DNA of 64,000 nucleotides from an uncultured Acidobacteriota bacterium (GCA_963817635.1 CAWFPR010000027.1:26274-90273), one strand, 5' to 3'; positions 40,232 to 52,140 are shown, counted from the stretch's first letter. Notes: generated by a model from the sequence alone, not told the origin. Numbers and translations: made by a program.

Positions 40232-40597
40232 ATGAGCGAGAATCTCGGGAATTTCCTCGTTGACTTGGCGTGCGATCCCGCCCTCATGGCACAGTTCCTC
40301 GGAGATCCCGGAACGGTTCTGGCCCGGACGTCCCTCAGTGACGAAGAGCGAACGCTGGTGATGACGCGCGACTCGCGCCTCCTTGCCGGCGCCCTGGGGA
40401 CGACCAGCTACTCGGTGGGCCAGATCATCGAGATCCCGCGTGGAGTGCCCACCAGGAAGAAGGCGCCAGGCAAGAAGAAGAAGACCCCCGGCAAGAAGAA
40501 GGCGCCGCGCAAGACACCGGCGAAGAAGACCCCGGCGCGCAAGCGGCCATCGCGCAAGGCGCCGGCCAGAAAGACGCCAGCGCGGAAGACGCGTTGA
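40232..40597 (+). CDS. candidate split-borosin precursor: Nif11/borosin-binding-domain-like N-terminus, hydrophobic core-like segment, polycationic K/P/A/R tail
   Basis: 121 aa; N-terminal [47 protein letters not shown] (Nif11-like, resembles precursors of split borosins); [13 protein letters not shown]; tail [46 protein letters not shown]; stop overlaps the methyltransferase start (ATGA). Confidence 0.6.
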   Translation: MSENLGNFLVDLACDPALMAQFLGDPGTVLARTSLSDEERTLVMTRDSRLLAGALGTTSYSVGQIIEIPRGVPTRKKAPGKKKKTPGKKKAPRKTPAKKTPARKRPSRKAPARKTPARKTR

Positions 40598-41393
40598 GGT
40601 CCCAGGCACCCACGCCTCCCTCGCCGCGGGGATCGCTCGTCGTTGTGGGCACGGGCATTGCGCTCGCAACGCAGGCGACCCCCGAGGCGACGGAGCACAT
40701 GCGAACAGCCGAGCGGCTGTTCCATCTCGTCACCAGTCCGGCGCACGCGGAATGGGTGCGCCGGATCAATCCGGGCGCGATATCGCTCGAGGACTGCTAC
40801 GCCGAGGGCAAGCCGCGTCCCGAGTCCTACCGGGAGATGGCGGACCGGATCCTCGGCGCGGTACGCGGCGGGTTCCGCACGTGTGCCGCGTTCTACGGGC
40901 ATCCGGGCGTGTTCGCGCAGCCGTCGCACGCGGCGGTCCAGCGGGCGCGCCGCGAGGGGTTCAGCGCGCGCATGCTGCCGGGGGTGTCGGCCGAGGACTG
41001 CCTGTTCGCCGATCTCGGGGTCAACCCGGGCCGTGGAGGATGCCAGAGCTTCGAGGCGACCGACTTCCTCATGTCGCGCCGGCGATTCGACCCGACCAGC
41101 ACGCTGATTCTGTGGCAGGTGGGGCTGCTGGGAGAGTTGAGCGTGCGACGGAAGATGTCGTCGCGACCCGAGCGCCTGCAGGTCCTCGTCGATCGGCTGC
41201 GCCGCAACTACCCGGCGCGCCACCGCGTCGTGCTCTACCAGGCAGCCGAGTACCAGATCTGCGATCCGCTCATTCAGCCGCTGCCGCTCGAGAAGCTGCC
41301 GGCGCAGACAATCACGCCGGCGATGACGCTGTACGTGCCGCCGCTCCCGCAGCGCCGCAGGATCTGCGAATCGCGCGATGGTTTGACGTGTAG
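40594..41393 (+). CDS. borosin-type peptide alpha-N-methyltransferase (tetrapyrrole-methylase fold, OphMA/SonM-like); late frameshift near 41360
   Basis: [56 protein letters not shown]...[11 protein letters not shown]...[12 protein letters not shown] match the OphMA methyltransferase-domain signature; the C-terminal [14 protein letters not shown] is reached only after a 1-nt frame change; the ORF track runs on to 41763 because the in-frame stop is lost. Confidence 0.7.
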
Positions 41394-41413
41394 GGGCGGC
41401 TCGAGAGCCGCCC
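41394..41413. terminator. GC-rich palindrome between convergent stops (methyltransferase and ahcY)
   Basis: GGGCGGCTC-GA-GAGCCGCCC; lies 1 nt after the methyltransferase TAG and ~10 nt after the inferred ahcY stop. Confidence 0.45.
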
Positions 41414-41423
41414 TGGACACCCA

Positions 41424-42926
<1,503 letters not shown>

Positions 42927-42974
42927 CGAGAATCCTTTCGGAAAATGGAAAATGGGAGATGGAAAATGGAGCCG

Positions 42975-43910
42975 TCAGTGCCTCCATGCCGTGGCCACGA
43001 ACAGGGCCGGGCCTTTCGCCTCGGCGTGAGGCGGCAGCGGCATGATGCGGATTCGATCGAAACCGGCGGCGGCGACGAGGCGGCGCAGTTGTTCCTCGCC
43101 GAAGCCGAGCCAGATGTGTCCCATCTGCTGCCGGTACTCCTCGTGATCGTGCGGCAGCATGTCCGAGATGACGAGCCGGCCGCCTGGACGCAGCACGCGG
43201 GCGGCTTCGCCGAGGGCGGCCGCCGGGTCCGGCACGTGGTGCAGCACCAGGAGCAGCGTGGCCGCGTCGAGCTCTCCGTTGGCGATCGGCAGCGCCTCGA
43301 GGTCGCCGCGGCGGACGTCCACGTTGCCGGCGCCGCGGACGCGCCGCCGGGCCGCGTGCAGCATCTCCCCCGATCGATCGACGGCAATGACCTGCGCCAC
43401 GAACGGAGCGAGCGCCGCGGCGACCTGGCCGGTGCCGCAGCCGAGGTCGCCGACGACCCACCGGTCGTCTACCAGGGCCGGCAGCGCCTGCAGGTGCGAC
43501 GCACCGCCAAACAGTTCACCGCGCAGCTTGTCCCACTGCCCGGCCGCCGACTCGAAGAACTCCTGGGACTTCGACTGGCGTCGCGCGAGTGTGCCCTTCA
43601 GGCGCCGCGCATCCTGGTCGGCACCCGGCGAGCTGGAGACCTGTTCGCGGAGGAGCGACCAGAGACGCCGGGTCGCGCCGTCGCGCTCGTCGAGCGCCAG
43701 CGTGTAGTACCGGCTCGTGCCGTCGCGCCGCGACACCACCCAGCTGGCGTCGGCCAGCGTCTTCAGGTGCCGGCTGACGGTTGACTGCGGCAGCTGGAGT
43801 ATCGCGCAGAGTTCCGACACCGTCAGCTCATGGCGCTCGAGGAGCAGCAGCATGCGGCTCCGCGTCGCGTCGGCGAGCGCCGTCAGGTCGTCGAAGATGG
43901 CCGTCGTCAC
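42975..43910 (-). CDS. ArsR-family HTH fused to a SAM-dependent methyltransferase-like domain (SahR-like SAH-responsive regulator)
   Basis: N-terminal ALADATRSRMLLLLERHELTVSELCAILQLPQSTVSRHLKTLADASWVVSRRDG (ArsR HTH); C-terminal VGDLGCGTGQVAAAL...VIAVDRSGEML...LHHVPDP class-I methyltransferase fold; sits directly upstream of ahcY. Confidence 0.7.
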   Translation of the reverse strand: MTTAIFDDLTALADATRSRMLLLLERHELTVSELCAILQLPQSTVSRHLKTLADASWVVSRRDGTSRYYTLALDERDGATRRLWSLLREQVSSSPGADQDARRLKGTLARRQSKSQEFFESAAGQWDKLRGELFGGASHLQALPALVDDRWVVGDLGCGTGQVAAALAPFVAQVIAVDRSGEMLHAARRRVRGAGNVDVRRGDLEALPIANGELDAATLLLVLHHVPDPAAALGEAARVLRPGGRLVISDMLPHDHEEYRQQMGHIWLGFGEEQLRRLVAAAGFDRIRIMPLPPHAEAKGPALFVATAWRH

Positions 43911-43976
43911 GGTCGTGTGTCCATCCGTAAATCCGGATTAATGGTTGCACAAAACATCCGGGCTGTCAACAGCCCC

Positions 43977-44130
43977 TGGGGTCAGACCCCGGCGGGGGGT
44001 GGGGTCAGACCCCCGGCGGCGGGCTTCGGTGGGGTCAGACCCCGGCGGCGGGGGTGGGGTCAGACCCCGGCGGCGGGGGTGGGGTCAGACCCCGGCGACG
44101 GGGGTGGGGTCAGACCCCGGCGGCGGGGGT
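43977..44130. repeat. 6 tandem copies of a 25-nt unit GGGGTCAGACCCCGGCGGCGGGGGT
   Basis: each unit carries the palindromic core GGGGTC-A-GACCCC; copy 2 carries a 6-nt insertion; lies between the divergent SahR-like and photolyase genes. Confidence 0.85.
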
Positions 44131-44180
44131 CGAGCTCGTTCCACTACAATTGGCCTTTGTCTTCGATCCCCCTCTCACGC

Positions 44181-45616
44181 GTGCGGGCGCTCAACGACAG
44201 GCCGGTGCGGCCTGGCGGGGCGTTCGTTCTCTACTGGATGACGGCCGCCAGACGTCCGCGCTACAACTTCGGACTTCAGCAGGCCGCGGCGCGGGCGACG
44301 GAACTCGGACGGCCGCTGGTCGTGCTCGAGGCCCTCCGGTGCGACTACCCGTGGGCGAGCGATCGCCTGCACGGGTTCGTCATCGAGGGGATGCGAGCAA
44401 ATCAGCGCGCTTTCGCCTCGACCCAGGCGCGGTACTTTCGTACGTCGAGCCCGCGCGCGGCGCGGGCCGCGGCCTGATTGCCGCGCTCGGTGCGCGGGCG
44501 TGCGTCATCGTCACCGACTGGTTTCCCGCCTTCTTCCTTCCGCGCATGGCGGCCGCGGCCGCCACCCGGGTGCCGGTGCGCCTCGAGGCCGTCGAATCCG
44601 GCACGCTCATTCCGGTCGCGGAACACGGCCGCGCATTCCCGACCGCGCGCGGGTATCGCGCATTCATGCAGCGCGAACTGCGAAGACACCTCGCAGCGTT
44701 TCCTGTCGAGAACCCCGTCGCAGACCTGCCGGCTGCGCCGGACCTGCCCGCGGCGATCGCGCGGCGCTGGCGGCCGACCGATCTCCGGCGGGTGAGGCTC
44801 GCCGCGTTGCCAGTCGATCACTCCGTGCCGCCCGCCGGAATGCAGGGCGGCCACGACGCTGCCGCCAGAACGCTGGAGCTGTTCATCCGGACGCGCCTCG
44901 CCCGCTACGCGGACGATCACAGCCATCCCGATGCGAACGCGACGAGCCATCTGTCTCCATATCTGCACTTCGGCCACATCTCCCCGCACGAGATTTTCTC
45001 GGCGGTCATGACACACGAACGCTGGACGAGCCGTCGTCTCGCAGCGCGGGCAGGCGGCGCGCGCCAAGGCTGGTGGAACGTCTCCCCCTCGTCCGAAGCC
45101 TTCCTCGATCAGTTGTGCGTGTGGCGCGAGCTGGCGTTCAACGGAAGCGCATGGATGGAGGGGTTCGAACGGTACGACACGCTGCCCGGATGGGCGCGCG
45201 CGACACTCGAGGCGCACCTGGACGATCCGCGTCCGCGGCTCTACGACGCGGCCGCGCTCGACGGGGCGCAAACAGACGACGACGTCTGGAACGCCGTGCA
45301 GCGCCAGCTCGTCACCGACGGCTGGTTCCACGGCTACCTGCGCATGCTGTGGGGAAAGAAGATCCTCGAGTGGTCGGCCGAGCCCGCCACCGCGCTCGCG
45401 CGGATGGAGCAGCTGATGAATCGCTATGCCCTCGACGGCCGCGACCCCGTCTCGTATGCAAGCTTCGGCTGGGTCCTGGGCCGCTACGATCGGGCCTGGC
45501 CAGAGCACCCGGTGTTCGGCGCCGTCAGGTGCATGACCTCGCAGAGCGCCAGGCGGAAGCTCCGCATGCGGGAATACCTGCGCCAGTACGGGCCTGGGGA
45601 CCAGCAGGACGGCTGA
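44181..45616 (+). CDS. class II CPD photolyase, one frameshift near 44460
   Basis: N-terminal GAFVLYWMTAARRPRYNFGLQQAA (ORF 43830..44477 frame), then ...WNAVQRQLVTDGWFHGYLRMLWGKKILEWS...LDGRDPVSYASFGWVLGRYDRAW (ORF 44054..45616); start placed at GTG 44181 after the tandem repeat. Confidence 0.75.
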
Positions 45617-45675
45617 AAAAAGCATCCTGCCTTTTTCCATTTGCCTTTTCCCATATGCCATCAGGCCGGCATGTT

Positions 45676-47266
45676 TCAGCGGCCTGCCAGCGCCTTCGCG
45701 AGCACCATGCCTGGACGCGCGTCCGTGAACGCACCGTCGTCGATCACGACCGTGCCGTTCACGAGGACGTAGCGCATGCCTTCGGCGAGCTGGTGCGGAT
45801 CGGTGTAGGTCGACTTGTCGCGAATCTTCGCGGGGTCGAAGATCGCGATGTCGGCCATCATCCCTTCACGGATCGCGCCCCGATCGTGCATCCCGAACAC
45901 CAGCGCCGGCAGCGTCGTCATCGAGCGGATGGCGAACTCGAGCGTCACCGTCTGACGGTCGCGCACGTAGCGCGCGAGCTTGCGCGCGAAGGCGCCATAG
46001 TCGCGCGGATGCGGCTTACCCTCGGTCGGCAGCACGAGTCCCCCGTCGCTGGACGTCATGGTGTAGGGCTGCCGCATGATCTCCTCGATGTCCTGCTCGG
46101 ACATGTTGAACGAGACGATCGACGCGTTCCCTTTCGCGAGCAGCGCGAGCGCCGTGGCCACGGGATCGGCGCCGCGCGCCTCGGCAATCTGCGCGAGCGT
46201 CCTGCCTTCGAGCGACCGATCCGGCGAGTAGAACGCGATCTGGATCGCACCGGCGCCGCCGCGCCGCCGCAGGTTCTCGCGTGCGATCGCCTCGACGACC
46301 TTCTGCTTGCCGGCATCGCCCGGCGGCGCGAGCGCGACGCCGCCCGGAAGCAGGGCCGCGCGCAGGCTGGTGGACGAGGCGTCGTAGGCGTACTGATCCG
46401 CGAACACCTGGATACCGCGCGCCCGGGCGTCGTCTATCTTCCGGATCAGCGCGAAGGACAGGCCCCAGTTGTCCGGCCCCAGCGCCTTCATGTGGCTGAC
46501 GATGCCGATGACGTGCGCCTCGTCGGCGATGCGGATGACCTCCTGCACCGCGGCGACGACCCCGATGTTGTAGTCCGCCTCGTCGCGGATGTGGCTCGTG
46601 TAGAGGCCGCCGAATTCTCCGGCGACCTGCGCCAGGGCGATCACCTCCTCGGTCTTCGCGTAGCTGCCGGGAACGTAGAAGAGCCCGCTCGACAGGCCGA
46701 ACGCCCCCTGTTCCATCGCCCGGCGCACGAGCGCGCGCATGCGATCGAGTTCCTCGGCAGTCGGAGCGCGGGTGGCGCTCCCCATGACGGCGCTCCGGAC
46801 CGCGCCATGCCCCACGAGTAACGCCACGTTCGGTCCGAGGCCGCCCGCTTCGAGTTCGCGCCGCTGCGCCGCGAGGTCCACCGAGCCGCCGCCATCGGGG
46901 TTGCCGACAATCGTCGTGACGCCCTGCGCGAGCAGCGGCCGCCCCTGCTTCAACGGGGGACGCGAGAGTCCTTCCTTCGGATCGGCCGCGTGCGAGTGGA
47001 CGTCGATGAAGCCAGGTGTGACCAGAAGATCGTTCGCGTCGATCGTCGTCGTGGCGGCCGCAGTCCCGAGTGGACCGACCGCCACGATCCGTCCGCCGCG
47101 GATGCCGACGTCCGCACGTATCCACGGATTGCCCGACCCGTCCATGACACGCCCGTTGCGAATCAGGACATCGAAATGCCCGGATGGATTGAGACGGCTG
47201 AGCCGGCTCGAATGCCGCGAGCGATCCGGCGGCAATAATAATGAGGGCAGAAGCAAGCCGGGACAT
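45676..47266 (-). CDS. N-acyl-D-amino-acid deacylase (D-aminoacylase) family amidohydrolase, secreted; one frameshift near 47200
   Basis: signal MSRLASALIIIAAGSLAAFEP (ORF 46016..47293 frame), then FDVLIRNGRVMDGSGNPWIRADVGIRGGRI...PGFIDVHSHAAD...; 644-aa ORF body. Confidence 0.75.
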
Positions 47267-47385
47267 GCCGCAATTGTAGTCGGTCGCAGGCACGGGATGT
47301 GCTTCCGAGCTGCGAGGCCTCCGCGTCGAGTCAGTCCTCCTGCGGTCGAGCCGGGAACGACCCGAATGCGGAGAGTGGAGGCGTC

Positions 47386-47763
47386 ATGACTGAGGGAAAG
47401 AAGAACCTGACCGTCGCTCGCAGCACCCGGAGCGTGTGGGACAAACCGGGACTCGTGGCGTCGCTGTCCGACTTCGATCGGGATCGATGGGTGGCGGCGG
47501 CGTTCGGATCGGCGCTCGCGCTGCTCGGCGCGCGCCGCAGGAATTTCGGCGGCGGCCTCGTCGCAACGGTCGGATGGGTGATCGCGGTGCGCGCCGCGAA
47601 GGGACACCATGACCTGACCATCGCTCGCAGCTGGATCGATCGAGGGCTGAAGGAATGCGGCTGCCGACGACCCGACATCGTGGACGATGCGTCGGACGAT
47701 TCGTTCCCCGCGAGCGACTCACCGTCGTGGACGTCCACGGCGGGCGCGAAGACAACCGCGTGA
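47386..47763 (+). CDS. small hypothetical membrane protein
   Basis: GGAG 7 nt upstream; two hydrophobic segments (WVAAAFGSALALLGA, LVATVGWVIAV). Confidence 0.4.
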   Translation: MTEGKKNLTVARSTRSVWDKPGLVASLSDFDRDRWVAAAFGSALALLGARRRNFGGGLVATVGWVIAVRAAKGHHDLTIARSWIDRGLKECGCRRPDIVDDASDDSFPASDSPSWTSTAGAKTTA

Positions 47764-47775
47764 CGGAGACCCAAC

Positions 47776-48504
47776 ATGGACTACATGGTGATGGAGTTCC
47801 CGGACGATGTGGGTGAGGCGCAGGAGCGGGAAGGCCGGAACATCCACCAGGCCGAACGATGGCTCTCGATGGCTGGCGGGGTCGGCCTCGCGGTCTTCGG
47901 ACTGAGCCGCCGCTCCGGCCCCGGCCTGTTCCTCGCCGGTCTGGGAGCCCTGCTCTTCCGGCGTGGCCTGTCGGGCCACTGCCACACCTACGAGTTGTTC
48001 GGCATCAACACGGCCGGGAGCGGCAGCGACACGCGCCGGACGCTCGGCGGGTCGGCGGGCATCATGGTCGAGGAGAGCGTGGCGGTCAACCGCCCTCTCG
48101 AAGACCTGTACCGGTTCTGGCGCAACCTGGAGAACCTGCCGCGCGTGATGCGTCACCTCCAGTCGGTCGAGCGGGTCACCGAGACGCTCTCGCGCTGGCG
48201 CGCCAGCGGCCCCGCCGGGACGGAAGTGGAGTGGACCGCCGAGATCATCAACGACGTGGTCAATCACGTGATCGGGTGGCGCTCGCTCGAGGGCTCCGAC
48301 GTCGTCTCGGCGGGATCGGTGCATTTCGATCCAGAGCCTTTCGGCCGCGGCACACTCATCCGCGTGCGGCTGCAGGTACAGCCCGCCGGGCGGCAAGGTC
48401 GGCGACGCGGTGGCGCGGCTGCTCGGACGGGATGCGGCGACGGAGATCCGGGAAGACCTCCAGCGCTTCAAGCACAACATCGAGGCAGGCGAGCAGACGC
48501 GGTA
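47776..48504 (+). CDS. membrane-anchored SRPBCC (Bet v1/START-like, polyketide-cyclase-like) domain protein; frameshift near 48385
   Basis: N-terminal TM (GVGLAVFGLS...LFLAGLGALLF); ESVAVNRPLEDLYRFWRNLENLPRVMRHLQSVERV...WTAEIINDVVNHVIGWRSLEGSDVV; C-terminal GKVGDAVARLLGRDAATEIREDLQRFKHNIEAGEQTR reached after a frame change. Confidence 0.6.
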
Positions 48505-48690
48505 GCGCCGCCTGCCTGTCCGCCGCGAACCTCCCGTCTTCGCGGCGTGCCGCGCCGGGCGGAGCGGCGCGTCGGGATTGCGCGCCTCTCCCGATTCCGG
48601 GATGATGGCGGCCATGCCGACCTTCTCCCTGCCGGTCCGCGCGTGCACCGCCCATCCGGATGACCTCCCGCCGGTCGCGAGGGTGCCCCG

Positions 48691-49023
48691 ATGATTACGT
48701 TCGCCGACTTCGAGCGAGTGGATGTTCGCGTCGGGCGCATCGTCGGAGCTGACGCGTTCCCCGAGGCGCGCAAGCCGGCGTGGAAGCTCGTGATCGACTT
48801 CGGGCCGGCGATCGGCACGAAGAAATCATCGGCGCAGCTGACGGCCCGCTATGCCAGGGAGGAGCTGGTCGGACGCCTGGTCCTGGCGGTCGTGAATTTC
48901 CCGCCGAGGCAGATCGGTCCCTTCATGTCCGAAGTGCTCACGCTGGGGGTTCCCGACGAAGCGGGGCAGGTCGTGCTGATCACGCCGGACAAGGAAGTGC
49001 CGATTGGAGGCAGGCTCTTCTAG
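48691..49023 (+). CDS. csaA: tRNA-binding protein CsaA (Trbp111/EMAP OB-fold)
   Basis: FERVDVRVGRIV...KLVIDFGP...SSAQLTARYAREELVGRLVLAVVNFPPRQIGPFMSEVL; 110 aa. Confidence 0.85.
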   Translation: MITFADFERVDVRVGRIVGADAFPEARKPAWKLVIDFGPAIGTKKSSAQLTARYAREELVGRLVLAVVNFPPRQIGPFMSEVLTLGVPDEAGQVVLITPDKEVPIGGRLF

Positions 49024-49059
49024 TCCTGCGGAAAGTGGAGCGGCGCCGGGCGCGCGAAC

Positions 49060-49278
49060 TCAGGACTCGTGCGACCGGCCGGACGGACTCGGCGGCACGC
49101 CGGTTGTCAGCAGTTCGCGTTCAGCCAGCAGCCAATCGTCCATCGATTGCCCGTCGCCGCCGCCGCGAGCCAGGTAGAGTTCGTACGCCCGCAGCGCGAC
49201 CCTCTCGCGATCTGGTCCCACGGCAGGGGCGCCTGATGCCTTCGGCGCACTGGTTGTCTTTTTCCGGGTCTTGGCCAT
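49060..49278 (-). CDS. DUF2934 family small protein
   Basis: MAKTRKKTT...RVALRAYELYLARGGGDGQSMDDWLLAERELL; start trimmed to internal Met. Confidence 0.55.
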   Translation of the reverse strand: MAKTRKKTTSAPKASGAPAVGPDRERVALRAYELYLARGGGDGQSMDDWLLAERELLTTGVPPSPSGRSHES

Positions 49279-49469
49279 GCTGCGACGTGCGCAACAGCCG
49301 TGCCACCGGCGAGTATCCAGTAGAGGCAATGATTTCGGGACGCCCCGGGAACCGCGTTGACTGTGAACCATACGCAGGCACGCTGCCGGGAATACAGCCA
49401 CCTCGAGCAGGGCGGCGCCTGGCCGCGCAGAATCCGACGCCGGCGCCCGGGAAGTGACAGACTGGCTGC

Positions 49470-50081
49470 ATGGCGCGCGGCGACACCACCATCCTGTTGA
49501 TCCGACACGGACACACCGACGCGATCGGCCGCCGGCTGGTCGGACGAGCGCCCGGTGTGCACCTCACGGACCAGGGTCGCGCGCAGGCCGAGCGGCTCCC
49601 TGCCCTGCTTCGCCCGCTGTGCATCGACCACATCGTTTCGAGCCCGCTCGAACGCGCGCTCGAAACAGCGGACCCACTCGCCCGCGCTCGCGCGCTGACT
49701 ATCGCCGTTGACGAAGGCCTGACCGAAGTGGACTTCGGCGCATGGACGGGGATGACATTCGACGACTTGTCGCGCCTGCCCGAGTGGCAGCGGTTCAATG
49801 CGCAGCGCGCCTCGGCCGACGTGCCTGGCGGCGAAGCTCCGGTCCTTCTCCAGACGCGGATTGTCGCGGCGCTCGAGCGGCTGCGGGCCCGACATCCGGG
49901 CGAGACCATTGCGGCCGTGAGTCACGCGGACGTCATCCGCGCGGCGGTGCTGTCCTACGCCGGGGCGTCGCTCGACATGGTCTACCGGATCGAGATCAGC
50001 CCGGCATCGATCACCGCCGTTGTGTTCACCGCGGGAGGGCCACGGATCCTCTACGTGAACCACTGTCCTTTCGGAGCCTGA
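49470..50081 (+). CDS. histidine phosphatase (phosphoglycerate-mutase-like) family protein
   Basis: LLIRHGHTD (RHG catalytic motif) ... AVSHADVIRA. Confidence 0.8.
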   Translation: MARGDTTILLIRHGHTDAIGRRLVGRAPGVHLTDQGRAQAERLPALLRPLCIDHIVSSPLERALETADPLARARALTIAVDEGLTEVDFGAWTGMTFDDLSRLPEWQRFNAQRASADVPGGEAPVLLQTRIVAALERLRARHPGETIAAVSHADVIRAAVLSYAGASLDMVYRIEISPASITAVVFTAGGPRILYVNHCPFGA

Positions 50082-50276
50082 CCTGCGCCAGGCGAGTACC
50101 GGCGCCGATGCCGATGCCGTGAAAAGCCGGCGGCCGTGCTGCGCCCGGCTAATGGGCGCGTGACGATTGGCCCGACCTGTGGTATCCATCGTATGGGCCG
50201 CCTGATGAGCTTCCGGTTGAGGCCCCCGAGGCCGGCCGCCGCGCCTCGCCCTGTCGTTCCCGGTATGGAGGTATGG

Positions 50277-50654
50277 ATGTCCCTGAAGGTTCCCGGCGTT
50301 GCGCTCGCGGTCCTGGTCACGCTCGCGGCCGGCTGCCGCACGGATCCCCGCACGAAGGCCATGCGGGCCACAGGAGGCGATCCGGCGAAAGGCGTTCAGG
50401 CGATCGAACGCTACGGCTGCGCGGCGTGCCACACGATCCCGGGAATCGAGGGTGCGAAGGGCACGATCGGCCCGTCACTGGATGGCCTCGCCACACGCCC
50501 GACACTCAGGGGCGAGATGCCGAACACGCCGGAGAACCTGATTCGGTGGATCGAGAAGCCGCAGGACGTGAAGAAGGACTCTGAGATGCCCGACATGGGC
50601 GTGACGAACCAGGACGCGCGCGACATCGCCGCCCGCCTCCTCGCGCCCAAGTGA
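50277..50654 (+). CDS. c-type cytochrome lipoprotein
   Basis: GGAGG 4 nt upstream; signal plus lipobox LAAGC; single heme-binding CAACH. Confidence 0.75.
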   Translation: MSLKVPGVALAVLVTLAAGCRTDPRTKAMRATGGDPAKGVQAIERYGCAACHTIPGIEGAKGTIGPSLDGLATRPTLRGEMPNTPENLIRWIEKPQDVKKDSEMPDMGVTNQDARDIAARLLAPK

Positions 50655-50665
50655 GCTGAACGTCG

Positions 50666-52140
50666 TCAGAAACGAAACAGATAGCTGGTCTTCGCGAAGA
50701 ACTGACGGCCGGTTGACGTGGTCGGTCTCGAAATGGGCCGAATCCCGGACACGGGGTCCAGCGCAATGCTGTCGTTGTGATTGTCGAAGATTGTCCGGCC
50801 GCCGCCGTCGCCCTCTCCGAGGTGGCTGTAAAGATATCGCTCATCGCCGCCTGGCCATCGAAGAACCAGCGCGCGCTCATCCGCAGCCGGGTGTCGACTG
50901 ACCCGACGCGGCTGCTGGACGGCCCGAAATCCTGGCTGGTCAGGAGCGCGCCGACGCTCGACTGTCCCAGCTCGCGGCGCGCGCGGACCAGCGAACTGAA
51001 GGCGCGATCGCCTGACAGGGGGTCGCCCTCGGGCACGGCGTGCCCGGGTGCGCGATCGTCCATCGCGAGCGCCCCGACGGCCCAGCCGCCCGCCTTGCCG
51101 GTCATGCGCGCCCCGAACTGCGGATCGCGCAGCCGGCGAGAGAAGAACAGGGTCATCGGCGTCTGGAAGAACCCGGAATTCTCCAGGAAGAACGGCCGCT
51201 TCTCCGGAAAGAACACTTCGAATCGCTGGTTGACGGTGACCTGCGGCTCGTCGGACTCGACCTGGCTGAAGTCAGGGTTCGCCGTGAGATCCAGCGTCAC
51301 GGCGTCGCGCAGCACGACCTTCGCATCCAGGCCGGCCCGGCCCCTGGCCTCGGACCCGAACGCCGCGGCGCCGGTGTCGAGGAAGCGGGCCCCGGTGAAC
51401 GTGCCATAGGGAATCGCCTGGATGTTACGGCCGGCTGATACGCCGTCGAACCCACCTGCCTCGGCGAACTGCGACGTGAAGCCGCCAACCCGGTTCGTGA
51501 TCCCCGGCCAGAACACGTCCTCGTTGTCCACCGGCATCGATCGCGCCAGCGCGATGCCCCACGACTGCGCCGCCGCCGACGAATTGAAACGGAGGCTCTT
51601 GAACGGAATCGCCATCCAGACGACGTAGCCGAAGTCGGTGACGACACCGCGGCTCTCCCAGACGGCGTCGAAGCTGAAATCGTCCTGCTGCCCTTCGCTC
51701 GTGATGCCGTCGGCCTGGATCCCGAGCGGTGTGCTGAAGAACATGTAGGCGCGCTGGCGATCGTTGAACGTATCCAGGAACAGGGCGACGCGGTCGTCGT
51801 TGAAGATCGACTCCCGGCGCGCCATGTGCGCCCGGAGCCGCGACGGATCCGTCGCGCGGCAGACGAATACCGCGTAGATGTTCTGCGCGTCGTACGACAG
51901 GAAGGCCTCGGTGGCCTGGGTCGCGGGGGTCAGATCGCCCGGATTCCGCTGAAGGAATCCATCGACGCGCGTGCCGACGCGGACCTCTCCCGACACATAG
52001 TCCTCGAGCCGCGGCGGCGTATCCACGCGCGCGATCGTGATGCGCGGCCGCGGTGCCGTCTGCTGCGCGCCAGCCGGTGGCGTCGATGCGACGCACACCG
52101 TGATCGTCGCGGCCAGGACGGCGGATTTGCTGCGGATCAT
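50666..52140 (-). CDS. outer-membrane protein with CBM9/DUF5916-like N-terminal domain and beta-barrel-like C-terminus; frameshift(s) near 50700-50800
   Basis: signal MIRSKSAVLAATITVCVASTPPAGAQQ; FLSYDAQNIYAVFVC; true C-terminus ...TSYLFRF-TGA in a different frame from the body ORF. Confidence 0.5.

Noticed and set aside
40408-41423. C-terminal extension of ahcY beyond ...KPEHYRY in ORF 40408..41715
   Set aside because: AhcY homologs universally end at YRY. A TGA is present 1 nt out of frame (tatCTGAtg), so the extension is an indel artefact running antisense through the methyltransferase.
43977-44130. CRISPR array
   Set aside because: The 25-nt units are contiguous with no spacers, and no cas genes are nearby. 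It is a tandem minisatellite, not a CRISPR.
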